This document shows, piece by piece, positions 1 to 10,700 of a stretch of DNA of 64,000 bases. Each line of letters begins with the position of its first letter. The first letter of the stretch is position 1. The translations under genes and the position numbers were made by a program. This DNA comes from Nitrospirota bacterium (lineage in GTDB: Bacteria; Nitrospirota; UBA9217). The notes beneath the pieces are model-generated. The model saw nothing but the letters and a program-made list of their open reading frames with translations, was not told where the DNA came from and made no database searches. The DNA lies in assembly GCA_963840455.1 (NCBI GenBank), contig CAWIYV010000010.1, forward strand, positions 382,785-446,784, given 5' to 3'.

Positions 1-255
1 ATACTCCTTGACGCGCGCGGCATTCGGTGTGATGGTGGCGCATTTTACCCCCACGCCGTACTGCTTGATCGCCTCCGCGGCTTCGACCGTGATCCGGTCG
101 TCGGTCTCGTCGCGGTGCTTCATGCCAAGGTCGAAATATTTGAGGTTGACCGTGAGATGGGGCAGGATCAGCTTCTCCTTGATCATCTGCCACATGATCC
201 GGGTCATCTCGTCGCCGTCCATCTCGACGATGGGGTTCTTTACCGTTATGGCCAC
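1..255 (-). CDS. icd: NADP-dependent isocitrate dehydrogenase, N-terminal ~85 aa only (gene runs off the left edge)
   Basis: Minus-strand translation from GTG at 255 (AAGGAG 9 nt upstream) gives [34 protein letters not shown]...[17 protein letters not shown], the conserved N-terminus of dimeric NADP-IDH. Absent from the ORF track because it has no in-window end. Confidence 0.8.
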   Translation of the reverse strand, partial: MAITVKNPIVEMDGDEMTRIMWQMIKEKLILPHLTVNLKYFDLGMKHRDETDDRITVEAAEAIKQYGVGVKCATITPNAARVKEY

Positions 256-293
256 TGGTCCGTTCTCCTTCGGAATGATCCCGTCATGATCCC

Positions 294-716
294 TTACGCG
301 CAGAGCTCGAGGGTGCTGAAGAAATACGCGATCTCGAACGCCGCGGTCTCCGGCGCATCGGAGCCGTGGACCGAGTTTGCCTCCATGCTCTGGGCGAACT
401 CCTTCCGGATCGTGCCGGGCTCGGCATTGGCAGGGTTCGTGGCGCCCATGAGCTTGCGCCACGCCGCTATGGCGTTCTCTTTCTGAAGCACCAGGACGAT
501 GCAGGGTCCGGACGACATGAAGTCCGTGAGGCTGCTGAAAAAGGGCTTCCCCCGATGCACGGCGTAGAATCCCTCGGCCTGCTTTTTGGTCATCCGCAGC
601 CTCTTCATGGCAATGACCTGAAAACCGTTCTCCTCGATCTTCGCGAGGACCTTTCCGGTAATACTCCTGCTGCATGCATCAGGCTTGATGATGGCAAAGG
701 TCTTTTCCGTGGGCAT
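294..716 (-). CDS. ndk: nucleoside diphosphate kinase
   Basis: 140 aa with the canonical NDK sequence (FAIIKPDA..., [34 protein letters not shown]). TAA stop at 296..294. Confidence 0.92.
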   Translation of the reverse strand: MPTEKTFAIIKPDACSRSITGKVLAKIEENGFQVIAMKRLRMTKKQAEGFYAVHRGKPFFSSLTDFMSSGPCIVLVLQKENAIAAWRKLMGATNPANAEPGTIRKEFAQSMEANSVHGSDAPETAAFEIAYFFSTLELCA

Positions 717-919
717 GGCACTCCCTCCGGCAGGCTTCGGTAATGAACATGAGAACTGATTTTAAAGCGCGTGGGATGAATTGTCAACAGAACAGTGAAG
801 CTCCCTGCAGCGAGCTGCGGGGAGTGCCCTCGCTCCTGGATTCTCTGCGGACCGGGGGGCATGCTTCGCCGGGGAAAACGGTTGCGGAAGATGGCCGGCC
901 ATCAATTGGGTCTGTTCAG

Positions 920-1600
920 CTATCGCTTTTTCAGGAAGACCACTATCGCGCCGCTGCCACCCTTGTCGCGGGGCGCGGCATGGAACTCGGCGACCAGGCC
1001 TTTGCCCTGCTCCCGGAGCCATGCATTAACCGCCCCGGGAAGGACCGGCCCATCTGGCGAGTTGATCCCTTTTCCCGTGATCACGAGGACCGCCTGCAAA
1101 CCACGAGCACAGGCGCCAGCGATGAAGTGCTCGAGCCGCCGGAGCGCCTCGTCCTTCAGAAATCCGTGAAGGTCCAGCTCCTCGCTTATGCGTATGGTGC
1201 CGCGCTTGAGCTGGCGCATCCTGCTGGACGAAGAGCGCGCGGGCGCCTCGTCTTCCGGTTCCGGTGCTCCGTCACGGTACACCGCGGCCCCGATCATGCC
1301 CACCGCTTGAAGAAAAAGAGCCCGCCCGTGTGCTTCGTCATCGACACGCTTTTCTGCAGCCATTGGAGACGTCTGCGGTCCCGGCTCCTGGTCACCGTCC
1401 GCCGCGATCCTCGTAGCGCCTCCCACGGACCGCAGGAAAAGACCTTCATCGTCCTCATGATCCTCGTGCGAAGAGGCCTTTTGTGTCGTTGCCTGCAGCG
1501 GCGGGGTCTTCCCGATGACGCCTTTCAGCGCCTTGAAAGGGCTGTTCTGAAAAGCACCGGCACCTCGCTGATGCTTGCTGTCCTTGCGTTTCCTGGTCAT
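920..1600 (-). CDS. Smr-domain protein (SmrB/YdaL-like endonuclease family)
   Basis: C-terminal Smr domain (LDLHGF...LVITGKG...AVNAWLREQ) and the N-terminal DEGLFLRSVGG motif typical of SmrB-like proteins. Confidence 0.7.
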   Translation of the reverse strand: MTRKRKDSKHQRGAGAFQNSPFKALKGVIGKTPPLQATTQKASSHEDHEDDEGLFLRSVGGATRIAADGDQEPGPQTSPMAAEKRVDDEAHGRALFLQAVGMIGAAVYRDGAPEPEDEAPARSSSSRMRQLKRGTIRISEELDLHGFLKDEALRRLEHFIAGACARGLQAVLVITGKGINSPDGPVLPGAVNAWLREQGKGLVAEFHAAPRDKGGSGAIVVFLKKR

Positions 1601-1674
1601 GAGAATGCGAAGAATGTTCGTGCGCCGGATCGCAGGCGAAACCTCTCGTGGGGCAGAGCGCCGATCCGTTGAGG

Positions 1675-2904
1675 TTAATGGTCGGGATAGCGTTCAGCGA
1701 TGTTGCGGATCGTGTCGATACAGGCAAAGAACGTCTCGACCATCTCGGGATCGAAATGCGTGCCGGAACTGACCTTGAGCTCTTCGAGGACCTGTGCCTC
1801 TTCCCACCGCTCTTTATACGCACGCTTGGAGCTCAGGGCGTCATAGACATCAGCCAGGGCGACAAGCCTGCCGAACACCGGGATCTCATCGCCCTTTTTG
1901 GGCCTCGGTGAACCATCGCTGTTCTCATAGCCCGGCAGCACCTTGGCGTCGAAGGGATTGATATGGCCGGGGTACCCCGTGCCGTCCCATTTCTCGTGGT
2001 GGTTCAGTGCGACCACGGCTGACGCGTCGTCGAACTCAGAATACTGCTCGGAAAAGAGCCGTGCACCCATAATGGTGTGCTGCTTCATGATCTCGCGCTC
2101 CGCGTCGTCGAGTCGCGCCGGCTTCTTGAGGATCGCATCCGAGATTGCCACCTTGCCCACATCGTGGAGCATGGCAGCCATTCGCAGGATGTCGCGGTTC
2201 TTTTCGAGGACATCATGGGGCACGCTGCGTTTGCCCGCCCAGTGCTCGTAGAGAGCCACGGAATAGGATGCCACACGGTTGACATGGGCTCCGGTCTCCT
2301 TGGGGTCCCGCAGCTCCGCCATCTTGATGGTCCGGAGGATCATGGCACGCGTCATCTGGGCGCGCTCGATGGCGACCGCGGCCATGTTGGCGAAATGCAT
2401 GACGAGGGGCTCATCCTTCTTCGAGAACGGCACCACCGCGCCCTTTGCATTCTTTTCGTTGATGAGCTGCAGAACGCCGACCGTGTCGCCACGGTTCGTC
2501 TTGAGCGGGAACGTCAGCATGGACTGGGTGCGATAGCCGGAGAGATCGTCGAACTTGCGGTTGAACGAGAACGGAAGCGTCGAGGGGAGCTTATAGACAT
2601 CCGTAAGGTTCAGCATCTCACCGGTGTTGGCCACATAACCCGCGATGGTCTGATTGTTGATCGGAAGGGTAAAGGTGGAGTAGATCAGCTTTTTCCCGGG
2701 CAGACGCTGCTGGAACGTGTCGTTCTGGGTATAGGTGAACTTCAGTTTGTCGTCTTCCTTCACATAGATGGTGCCGGCGTCGGCGTTCACCAGGCTCCGC
2801 GCTTCCTTCAGGATTCGCTCGAGCAGCACGTCCAGGTCCTTCACCTGGGTGATCTCGATGCCAAGGTTCACGATTTTCGCGAATTTCTGTTTTTCTGTGA
2901 GCAT
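1675..2904 (-). CDS. GAF domain / HD-GYP domain c-di-GMP phosphodiesterase
   Basis: 409 aa with an N-terminal GAF-like region and a C-terminal HD domain carrying the HHEKWDGTGYP (HD-GYP) signature. ATG at 2904. Confidence 0.85.
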   Translation of the reverse strand: MLTEKQKFAKIVNLGIEITQVKDLDVLLERILKEARSLVNADAGTIYVKEDDKLKFTYTQNDTFQQRLPGKKLIYSTFTLPINNQTIAGYVANTGEMLNLTDVYKLPSTLPFSFNRKFDDLSGYRTQSMLTFPLKTNRGDTVGVLQLINEKNAKGAVVPFSKKDEPLVMHFANMAAVAIERAQMTRAMILRTIKMAELRDPKETGAHVNRVASYSVALYEHWAGKRSVPHDVLEKNRDILRMAAMLHDVGKVAISDAILKKPARLDDAEREIMKQHTIMGARLFSEQYSEFDDASAVVALNHHEKWDGTGYPGHINPFDAKVLPGYENSDGSPRPKKGDEIPVFGRLVALADVYDALSSKRAYKERWEEAQVLEELKVSSGTHFDPEMVETFFACIDTIRNIAERYPDH

Positions 2905-2972
2905 GTCGGCTATCTTACATCCCGAAAGAGCGGCTTGTCAATTCAAGGATGGCCAGAAAATCCTTTTCTTAA

Positions 2973-3001
2973 TTGACTCACTACACCTTTTTTGTTATAG
3001 T
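2973..3001 (+). promoter_or_regulatory. sigma70-like promoter upstream of the dksA-like gene
   Basis: TTGACT (2973-2978), a 17-nt spacer, then TATAGT (2996-3001). Followed by a leader hairpin gcgaacgg...ccgttcgc. Confidence 0.4.
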
Positions 3002-3075
3002 ATACCATTCAGCAGCGAACGGTGCGGTCATTCCGTTCGCCTTTTCATTATTACCCGGGAGCAGAGGTCGTTCGC

Positions 3076-3438
3076 ATGAACATGAAGATCAACGCCATTC
3101 GGAAGAAGCTCATGAAACAGCGCGAGGAGCTTTTGTCCGAGGCAGAGCAAACCATCAACTCCAAGCTGGGCGCGGATAAGCAGAGCTTTCCTGACCCCAC
3201 GGACCAGGCCGCGGCGGAACTGGACAACAATTTCATGCTCAGGCTCCGCGGCCGGGAGCAGAAGCTCCTGAAGAAGATCGACGAGGCCATTGCCCGCATC
3301 GACGAGGGATCATATGGCATATGCGAGTCCTGCGGCGGCCAGATCGGTTTCAAGCGGCTTGAGGCCCGGCCGGTCACGACGCTCTGCATCGAGTGCAAGA
3401 CCGAACAGGAAGAGAACGAGAAGCGCCAGGTGGGGTAA
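3076..3438 (+). CDS. dksA: DksA/TraR-family C4-type zinc-finger transcription factor
   Basis: Coiled-coil region plus CESCGGQIGFKRLEARPVTTLCIEC zinc finger. ATG at 3076 (alternative 3082). The track ORF 3022..3438 starts from an upstream non-ATG codon. Confidence 0.8.
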   Translation: MNMKINAIRKKLMKQREELLSEAEQTINSKLGADKQSFPDPTDQAAAELDNNFMLRLRGREQKLLKKIDEAIARIDEGSYGICESCGGQIGFKRLEARPVTTLCIECKTEQEENEKRQVG

Positions 3439-3576
3439 GAGCGGGACAGGTTCCGGTTGAATCCAGGAGCGAGCGCATTCCCTGCAGCTTGCCGCAGGAT
3501 TCGTGAGCGATTAGAATAAACATACTGCACTGAGGATCGAAGACTCCCTGCAGCTTGCTGAAGGGAGCTTCAACAT

Positions 3577-3609
3577 GGCTGACCGTCATTGGTCGGCCTT
3601 TTGTTTTTG
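3577..3609 (+). terminator. rho-independent terminator after the dksA-like gene
   Basis: Stem ggctgacc/ggtcggcc (one mismatch) followed by ttttgtttttg. Confidence 0.5.
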
Positions 3610-3657
3610 TGGTGGACGGCAGGGTCCAGCTCCCTGGCCGCTGCCGTGTACCGACCC

Positions 3658-5517
3658 TCAGAGCATCAGCCCCTCGGCGATCTCGGAGTTGACCTGATGG
3701 ATCCATTGCACGATCCGGTGATGCACATTTTCCTGCATGTCCTCGAAACACAATCCGACATAATAGGCCGCATCCTGCTTCCTGGCGTGGTAGACCGTTG
3801 CGCGTATCGTGATGTTCTCCAGTTCAAGCAGGCTGAAGTTCACATTCACCTTTGAACCGATCCCGACCGGGGAACCGACCACCAGAAGGCATCCTGTTGG
3901 GCTGATGTTCTTCACCATGGCCGTGAACGCTTCATCGGGAAAACCTGCGAGCGAGTAGACTGCCGGGGCATCCGTCGCCTTCCGCATATACTGACGCGCG
4001 CCGCCCTTTACGCTTACGACTTCCGCGATGCCGATAGGCTGGTCCTTCCCTTTTACCATCACCGGATGCAGGTCCTTCAACGACGCCTGGTCGCCGATCG
4101 CCTCGGCAATTGCCCTGCTTACCAGGACCATGCCCGGCTGCGCGATCCCGCACATTCTCGCCGCGATGTTGATGTTATCGCCGATCACGGTATAGTCCAT
4201 ATGGTCTTCCGAGCCCATATTGCCCATGACGACCTCGCCGTTGTTCAGGCCGATCCCGATGCTGATCACCTTTTCCCCCGCAGCTGACCGCGCAGCATTC
4301 AAGGCCTTGCAGTAGCTCTGGATCTCCACGGCGGCCCGTACTGCGTTGATCTCGTTGCCCCGCCCCTCAAAGATGGCCATCACCTCATCGCCCACAAACT
4401 TATCGATCGTGCCGCCGAACTGATGGATAACCTTCGCCTGCAGGTTCAGATAGACGTTCATCAGCCTGACCACGTCCTCAGGGCTCATCTTCTCGGAAAG
4501 CGAGGTGAAGCCGCGCGCATCAGAAAAGAGGGCGGTCACGTACTTCCTCTCCCCTCCCAGCTTCAACTGCGTCATATCGCGATGCTCCTTGATGCTCTGG
4601 ACCGTGGGCTGGGACAGGTACTTCTCCATGAGGAGCTTTTCCCGAAGGCTCAGGATCATCTGGTTGAAGACATTGGTGAGCTTGCCGATCTCGTCGCTCG
4701 AGCTTACGGGGACCAGCCTGCGCAGGTCGCCGCGCGCAACGACCTGGATGCCTGCCGCGAGTGAATCAAGCGGTTTCGTGATAAGGCGGGCGAGCGCAAA
4801 TGAGATCAGCAGTCCGCCGACAACGAATCCCAGGGCCATCCCGAGGTAAACGCTCTGCTGCCTGCGGATGGCCTTGTTCAGCGCTTTCTGAGAGATCCCG
4901 ATGCGCGCCACGCCGATCTTGAGATTCTTCGTCTTCAGCATGATGGGGATTGTGGTGTCCAGGACAGGGTCGTTCCCGGCAATGGTCTCCTGGAATAGCA
5001 AGCCGTTGGCGTGTAGTGCCGCCAGGTCCGCCGAGCCGGCAAGGAGCGCCCCTTTCTTGGTCAGGTCGCTGTGCGCGAAGACCTCCCCCTTATCGTCCAT
5101 GACCATGGCATAGACAACGTCCTCACGCTGCCGGATGTCCGTGATGGTGGAATAGACCGGCAACTCCTGTTTCGTAAGCAGACCTTCTTTCCCGACGTTC
5201 GCAAGCTGGTTGACCAGCGTTTCCGCGCGGCTTTTCATTTCTTGGCGCAGGATGGCGTTCTGCTGGGTGAAGGTCACCACGCCGAGGGAGATAACGGCGA
5301 GGCTCAGGATCACGATGAGCGTTCCGGCGATCTTGTACCGGACGCTGATCGAGAAAAGAAACTGGAGAAGGCGAGAAGGCGTTTCTGGGTTCTCAGCCTC
5401 CTGCGTCGCCACGGACAGGGCGGCAGCGCTCATCTGCTCCAGCTTCGGCTGTTCCTCCATCGTGGGTTCAGCAGCAATGCTGGCCGCCTCCTTGTTATAT
5501 TCCGGTTCATTGCTCAT
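3658..5517 (-). CDS. membrane-bound class III adenylate/guanylate cyclase with HAMP linker and C-terminal PilZ domain
   Basis: 619 aa. TM segment, periplasmic sensor region, a second TM and HAMP, then the CYCc catalytic core (YVTALFSDARGFTSL...FVGDEVMAIFEG). The C-terminal ~110 aa carries the PilZ signatures RQYMR (RxxxR) and NISPTG (NxSxxG). ATG at 5517 overlaps the upstream gene stop (ATGA). Confidence 0.8.
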   Translation of the reverse strand: MSNEPEYNKEAASIAAEPTMEEQPKLEQMSAAALSVATQEAENPETPSRLLQFLFSISVRYKIAGTLIVILSLAVISLGVVTFTQQNAILRQEMKSRAETLVNQLANVGKEGLLTKQELPVYSTITDIRQREDVVYAMVMDDKGEVFAHSDLTKKGALLAGSADLAALHANGLLFQETIAGNDPVLDTTIPIMLKTKNLKIGVARIGISQKALNKAIRRQQSVYLGMALGFVVGGLLISFALARLITKPLDSLAAGIQVVARGDLRRLVPVSSSDEIGKLTNVFNQMILSLREKLLMEKYLSQPTVQSIKEHRDMTQLKLGGERKYVTALFSDARGFTSLSEKMSPEDVVRLMNVYLNLQAKVIHQFGGTIDKFVGDEVMAIFEGRGNEINAVRAAVEIQSYCKALNAARSAAGEKVISIGIGLNNGEVVMGNMGSEDHMDYTVIGDNINIAARMCGIAQPGMVLVSRAIAEAIGDQASLKDLHPVMVKGKDQPIGIAEVVSVKGGARQYMRKATDAPAVYSLAGFPDEAFTAMVKNISPTGCLLVVGSPVGIGSKVNVNFSLLELENITIRATVYHARKQDAAYYVGLCFEDMQENVHHRIVQWIHQVNSEIAEGLML

Positions 5518-5846
5518 TTAGTTTCGATTTCCTCGAGGGTCTTCAGTATGCGTTCGATCTTCTTCAGATTCTCCTGCGCCTTCACCCCGAGGGTGGTTTT
5601 CGGCCCGAGCGCAAGGGCCTGCTCGAACGCCTCCTTGGCCTCTCCGTAATTCTCCCGGGAGTACTGCTGGACACCGAGGTCGTAATACTGCTTCTGGGCC
5701 TTGGCATCAGCATGCTGGCGGGCCGGCGACCTCGAAGGTGCAGTTGGAGGCGGGGGGGGCGTTTTTTTGAACAACGCGCATCCGGACAGAACGAGCAGCA
5801 TCATGCTGCAGATGAACAATTGTACCAGTGAACTTCGGGTCTTCAT
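5514..5846 (-). CDS. lipoprotein with proline-rich linker and TPR-like helical domain
   Basis: Signal peptide with lipobox LSGC, a PPPPPTAPS linker and a TPR-like C-terminus. The stop overlaps the cyclase start by 4 nt (translational coupling). Start taken at the internal ATG at 5846; the track ORF extends to 5942. Confidence 0.6.
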   Translation of the reverse strand: MKTRSSLVQLFICSMMLLVLSGCALFKKTPPPPPTAPSRSPARQHADAKAQKQYYDLGVQQYSRENYGEAKEAFEQALALGPKTTLGVKAQENLKKIERILKTLEEIETK

Positions 5847-6020
5847 GAACTTGTCTGGTGTCAACCTCGTAAGCTCCTTCGCTGTCAATCCCGAGACCGA
5901 TGCCGCCCTCCGGGTCGGTACCGCGCGCTGTTTTCCGTTCATAGCGATATAAATATATCACAAAAATACCGTGATGGGCAAAAAAAGTGGGTTAGCGATG
6001 GTCTGCTAACCCTTTGATTA

Positions 6021-6067
6021 CATGGTGGGCGCTGCAGGGTTTGAACCTGCGACCCCTGCCGTGTGAA
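6021..6067 (-). repeat. truncated 3' copy of tRNA-Val(CAC) (attR-like direct repeat)
   Basis: Exact 47-nt match to the 3' end (CCA end, T-arm, 3' half of the anticodon arm) of the tRNA at 11531..11605. Sequence diverges immediately beyond. Confidence 0.8.
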
Positions 6068-6343
6068 TGACCTGCTGTATGAGAAACACGTTTTCCTTAC
6101 AATGGAAAATAGTGGAAATCTAATCGCTTTGATCTATTCAAAGGAGGGAACATCTCTCCCATTTTTTTCCTATTTCTTCTGTCTACTATACAATTACTAT
6201 ACAGTCCCTCAAAAAAAATGCTTTCCGCCATGCAGAGTGGAACAGCCCCCTCCCCTCTGGTCGACGAAGACTTGGTTAAGCATGCTACCTGGGATGATCT
6301 GCATGAAAACATACGGGACAGGATTTTTCGGAATAGGTTCGTT

Positions 6344-7387
6344 CTAACGATGTTGGTGGTAAATTTCTTCGAAAATAAAGCCAGAAATCTCTGCGATGGT
6401 AGTATCCAGATACTCGGGTATGGGACCTGAGGTCATCACACACAAAAGGTAGGGATGACCCGGATAATAAACAATTCCGCAATCATGCAGCTGTTTTATC
6501 CCTTTTATCTTCCGCAAACCGAACTTATGCGCGACTGCGATATTGGGAGGCACTCCGGCAACTAAACCTTTTTTGTAATCAGTTTTTGTGAGATATTTTA
6601 AAGCCTTTTCGGACATTTCTCTACTTAGGTATGAGGCATTGAAAAGAACGCGGAAGAAAGACGAATATAATTCTGCTGAGAGCACATAACCACTTTCGTC
6701 ATTTAAATAATAAGGGTCGGGAATGCCCAAGTCATCATATGCCTTTCTGAGGTCAATCTTACTAATTGCTTCTTCAAGGAGTAGAGAGGAAACATTATCA
6801 GAATAATCAATCATTCTTATCAGCAAGTCTTCAACTGTGTAAGACCTGCCAAACAACAATTTATCAGCTACATCGGTATTTTGGATTGATTTAAGGTCAG
6901 GATTTTTATAGGCAATTCTTTTAGTCAGTATCTGGGGGTCCGTTTCTGCCTTTTTCAAGACGGAGATCATTTCAGGCACCTTCAGTAAGCTTGCCGGATA
7001 GAATTGTGTATCTTTCCCTATGTTGAAAGCATGTCCGTCGTTGAGTTCACGATAATATACCGAGATCTCATCGCCCCATCTCTTTTTTACGTTTTCTCTT
7101 ATAAATTTTTCAACATGATCTCTCATCGGTTTGAGTTCAGGGTCCGACAGCAGATTTGTAGCTTGCTCGCATTCCAACAAAGGATTTATATAGTTCCAGC
7201 CTCTCTGTCGGATCTCGATGACTTGAGGCTTTGATTTTTCCGGGATGAAACCTCTAAGCATGAACCCGACGGAAAATCCGGCAAGAAGGGTCAGGGCCAG
7301 CGTCAGATATTTACGAAATGGACTTTTGGATTCGAAATTACTGTTCATACCATTATTAAGACTGTCAATCAACTTTTTTGAGGCCAT
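6344..7387 (-). CDS. membrane-anchored serine hydrolase, class A beta-lactamase-like
   Basis: 347 aa with an N-terminal TM anchor, an SxxK motif (ASLLK), an SDN motif (YSDNVSS) and a KTG-like motif (HKFG). Low-GC gene inside the island. Confidence 0.65.
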   Translation of the reverse strand: MASKKLIDSLNNGMNSNFESKSPFRKYLTLALTLLAGFSVGFMLRGFIPEKSKPQVIEIRQRGWNYINPLLECEQATNLLSDPELKPMRDHVEKFIRENVKKRWGDEISVYYRELNDGHAFNIGKDTQFYPASLLKVPEMISVLKKAETDPQILTKRIAYKNPDLKSIQNTDVADKLLFGRSYTVEDLLIRMIDYSDNVSSLLLEEAISKIDLRKAYDDLGIPDPYYLNDESGYVLSAELYSSFFRVLFNASYLSREMSEKALKYLTKTDYKKGLVAGVPPNIAVAHKFGLRKIKGIKQLHDCGIVYYPGHPYLLCVMTSGPIPEYLDTTIAEISGFIFEEIYHQHR

Positions 7388-7771
7388 CAGGAGAAGGTTG
7401 TCATGGCGGCAAATGACTTTTGCTGCCTTATTAACCTATCCGAAAGCACATGTCAAGCTCAATCATTTAAGCAGGGTTGATCTTCCCTGATTATTCATTG
7501 GTAGAAAACCGCTTCGTGGTGCACTGCATGCACTCTTCTCTCCGGCTTCTACCCCGGCCACTGTGATTGCCGGTCTATTTCTTCATAAATAAGCGTAGTG
7601 ACATCACGAATGATGTTCGTTATTTTCCCGGAATCTTCCCCCAGGGCAGTTCGTCAGTACTATGTGATCACCTGAAAAGGCGATTCAACGACGAGCACAA
7701 GCCTGCCGCATTGCTGGCCGGCATGAGCCTAGCATTGCAGAAGCTATGCTGAGAAGAGAAAGCGTCCGAGG

Positions 7772-10700
7772 TCAGTGCGGCTCCCCGCGCGGGAAGTAAG
7801 TTCCATACCCTGCCAGCTCCCGCGAGAGGCGGGTCACTAAGAGTTGCACTGTTATAGACTGTGCATTCTTAGCGGGCAGAAGAGGGCCGTATTTTCTCCA
7901 TAGAAGACCAGCTTCTTGTATGTTGCCTACCGCCAAATCTCCCAACATTCCTGCAGATAATGTATATTCTAGGAGATCGGCATCTACTGCATTCTGCTCC
8001 ATCTGCACCAATATTTTTTTCGAATATTGGGCCATGCCTGCAGCGTCTTTTTTCCCCACGGCCTTGATGAGTTCAATGAAGTCGCGCTGTGAATCGGAAA
8101 GGGATTTTGAACATGATGAAGTTTCGATGCTCTTCAAAATCCGCGAAAGCTGTTCCGGCGACCAGCAGGGAACGAAGTCAGCGACAACATGAAGCATCGC
8201 CATCCACCATTCTTGCCTCAAAGAATCCTCTGAACATTTTCTGGTGAGCGCCTGTTTGGCATTCATAACGAGCTGTCGGCTCTGGTCCCGCAGCGGCGCA
8301 TACGGATGGCTCCATTTCATTTGATCATTCATAAAATACTGAAAGATCATGTTAGCAAAATGGATCCTAATTGATTTTGGAAAAGTGGAATACGCCACCG
8401 GAGAGATGCTGACATCTGAATGCTTCTTTCCGAGCATGTGCATGATCGGCAGTCGACCAAACTCGATACTGTGAAACTGTGGAGAGGCCGTTAGATCGTA
8501 AAAACGGCTTTTTACAGCATAGAGATCTACGATCGGTTCGTAGTCCGAATTGGCCGCCGTGCCGTAGCTTTCAAAAAGAGGCGAGAGCATCGATTTATTC
8601 CCAAGGACACGGACATTGATATCCGGCAGGCCCATGACATCGACCTTATTCAGTTCATTCATGAGTGACTCAATGGCCAAGAATGAAATTTTCGGTTCCT
8701 GGACATCTCCTACAGGACACGCTACAATGAGCATGTCGTAAGGATTTGTCGCGTAGATGATATAATCGGAGAAATAAGGCGCAAGAGCCTTCATGATAGA
8801 AGCAACTAGCGACATGTCAATGTCGTAGAGGTGGATCCACTGAACGAACAAGCCGTCTTTGGTAAGATATTCGCGTACCCGAGAGTAAAATTCCTTCGTA
8901 AAAAGGCTTGCAACACCGCTGACCCAGGGATTGGAAGGCTCAGAGATGATAAGATCGTATTGTTTGTTCGTGAATGAAAAATATGACTTCGCATCTTCGA
9001 TCCGCACATGACTGCGAGGATCGTCATATGCGAGCCTGACACGTGGACCGAAAAGCCTTGCAGCCTTGATCATTTCCGGCTCTATCTCTATTGTATCAAC
9101 ACTGTTGATATTCGGAACCGTCAGCAGGGTGTGGGTTGTCAATCCTGAGCCCCATCCGATGATGGCTGCTGTCCTGGCTTCGGGTCGATGAATGATACCG
9201 ATAGCGCCTGCCAATACCATGGTTTCTTCATCCTTTGAATGTCCCCTGCCGGTTATTTGCAGGCCCGCATCGGATTTCCCATTGGTTTTGATCGACATGT
9301 TCTGCAGGTCCTTGGTTATTGATACCGTGGCTGTTTTACCATCGCGGTGATAAAGGACCTCTTCTTTAGTCTGATCGGGCAAAATTCCAAATCGATAGAC
9401 CCCCGACGCCATTTTGCCGGGGTCGAGCTTCAACCAGAACATCGGGAGCACAAGAGCGACGACGCCCGCGATTGTATATACGGCGGGGATACGCCAGGAG
9501 GGGAACGCCCACCATGCCAGACCGAGTCCAAGAGCGATGTCTATGCCTGCTCCAAGAATGATCATGCCTTTGAGACCCAGCAAAGGCATCGCCAGATGGA
9601 CAGCCATAAAGACGCCGAGGATCGATCCTATGGTATTGAATCCATAGACCGCGCCAATGCTCCGTTCGCCCGATCCGCTTCGGAGAAGTCCATTCGTAAT
9701 AAGGGGAAGCGTCATGCCTGCACAAAAAGCGGCAGGCAGCATGATGACGAGTGCGATGCCGTTACTGGTGAGATTAAAGAGAAAGTATCCTGCATTGGTT
9801 TTTGGTAAATTCCTGATCAGCCATGCCATCGCGCTGAAAGTGCCGCCATAAATGGGAAGGGTCGCCAGGGCCAGAATCCCCATGGCGACCTGTACCAAGG
9901 CCAAAAACCGGCGCGGATCATCGAATGAATCAATTCGTCGTTTGATCCAGAGGCCGCCGAGCGCAATGCCCGTGATGAAGGCGCTCAACATGAGCTCAAA
10001 GGCATGGGTAGACGCGCCCAGAACGAGACTCAGCATTCTGATCCAGCCGATCTCATAGATGAACGAGGACAGTCCCGTAAGCAGAGCGATCAAGAGGAAG
10101 ACTTTATAAACGAGACCTCGCGAAGTGCCGGGAACATCGGTTTTCGTTTGAATAGATGCTGAGACCTGAACAGATGAACTCCTTTTGTCTTCAATCCAGA
10201 CAATAGCAGCCACCATGATGTTGATGCAGCCGGCAAGGACAAGCGTGCCCGGCAGGCCGACCCATCCAATGAACAGAAAACCGGCCGCCAGAACGCCGAT
10301 TGCGGCGCCTATGCTGTTCGTAAAATAGAGCATGGCCACAAGAGAACCAGAAGATTGTGGAAATCTCCGTATAAGCCCTGCGGTCATGAGCGGGAAGGTC
10401 ATTCCCAGCAGAATGGACTGCGGCAGGATCAACAGACTGGCAGCGGTCCACTTAAAAACGGCCACTGCCGTAGGCGAGCTTAACGCGGGAATGAACTTCG
10501 CGTACGTTAGCTCGATAAAGTGGACATAAAGTGGATGGAAAAAAATCGCGCAGACACCGATGACCGTTTCAACAACTGCATATCCGATCAACAGATTGGG
10601 GAGCCGCTCGGAATATTTCGAACAGATCAAGGCTCCTGATGCCATACCCCCCATGAACACAGCGAGAACGAGAGCTTGAGCGTATGCCGCGTGCCCTAAG

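Noticed and set aside
743-1672. 309-aa plus-strand ORF
   Set aside because: Lies antisense to the Smr-domain gene, which has a clear domain. Pro/Arg/Gly-rich composition typical of a high-GC antisense artefact.
5701-5961. Two overlapping approximately 84-aa ORFs on both strands
   Set aside because: They overlap the N-terminal and leader region of the lipoprotein gene. No support beyond an open frame in GC-rich DNA.
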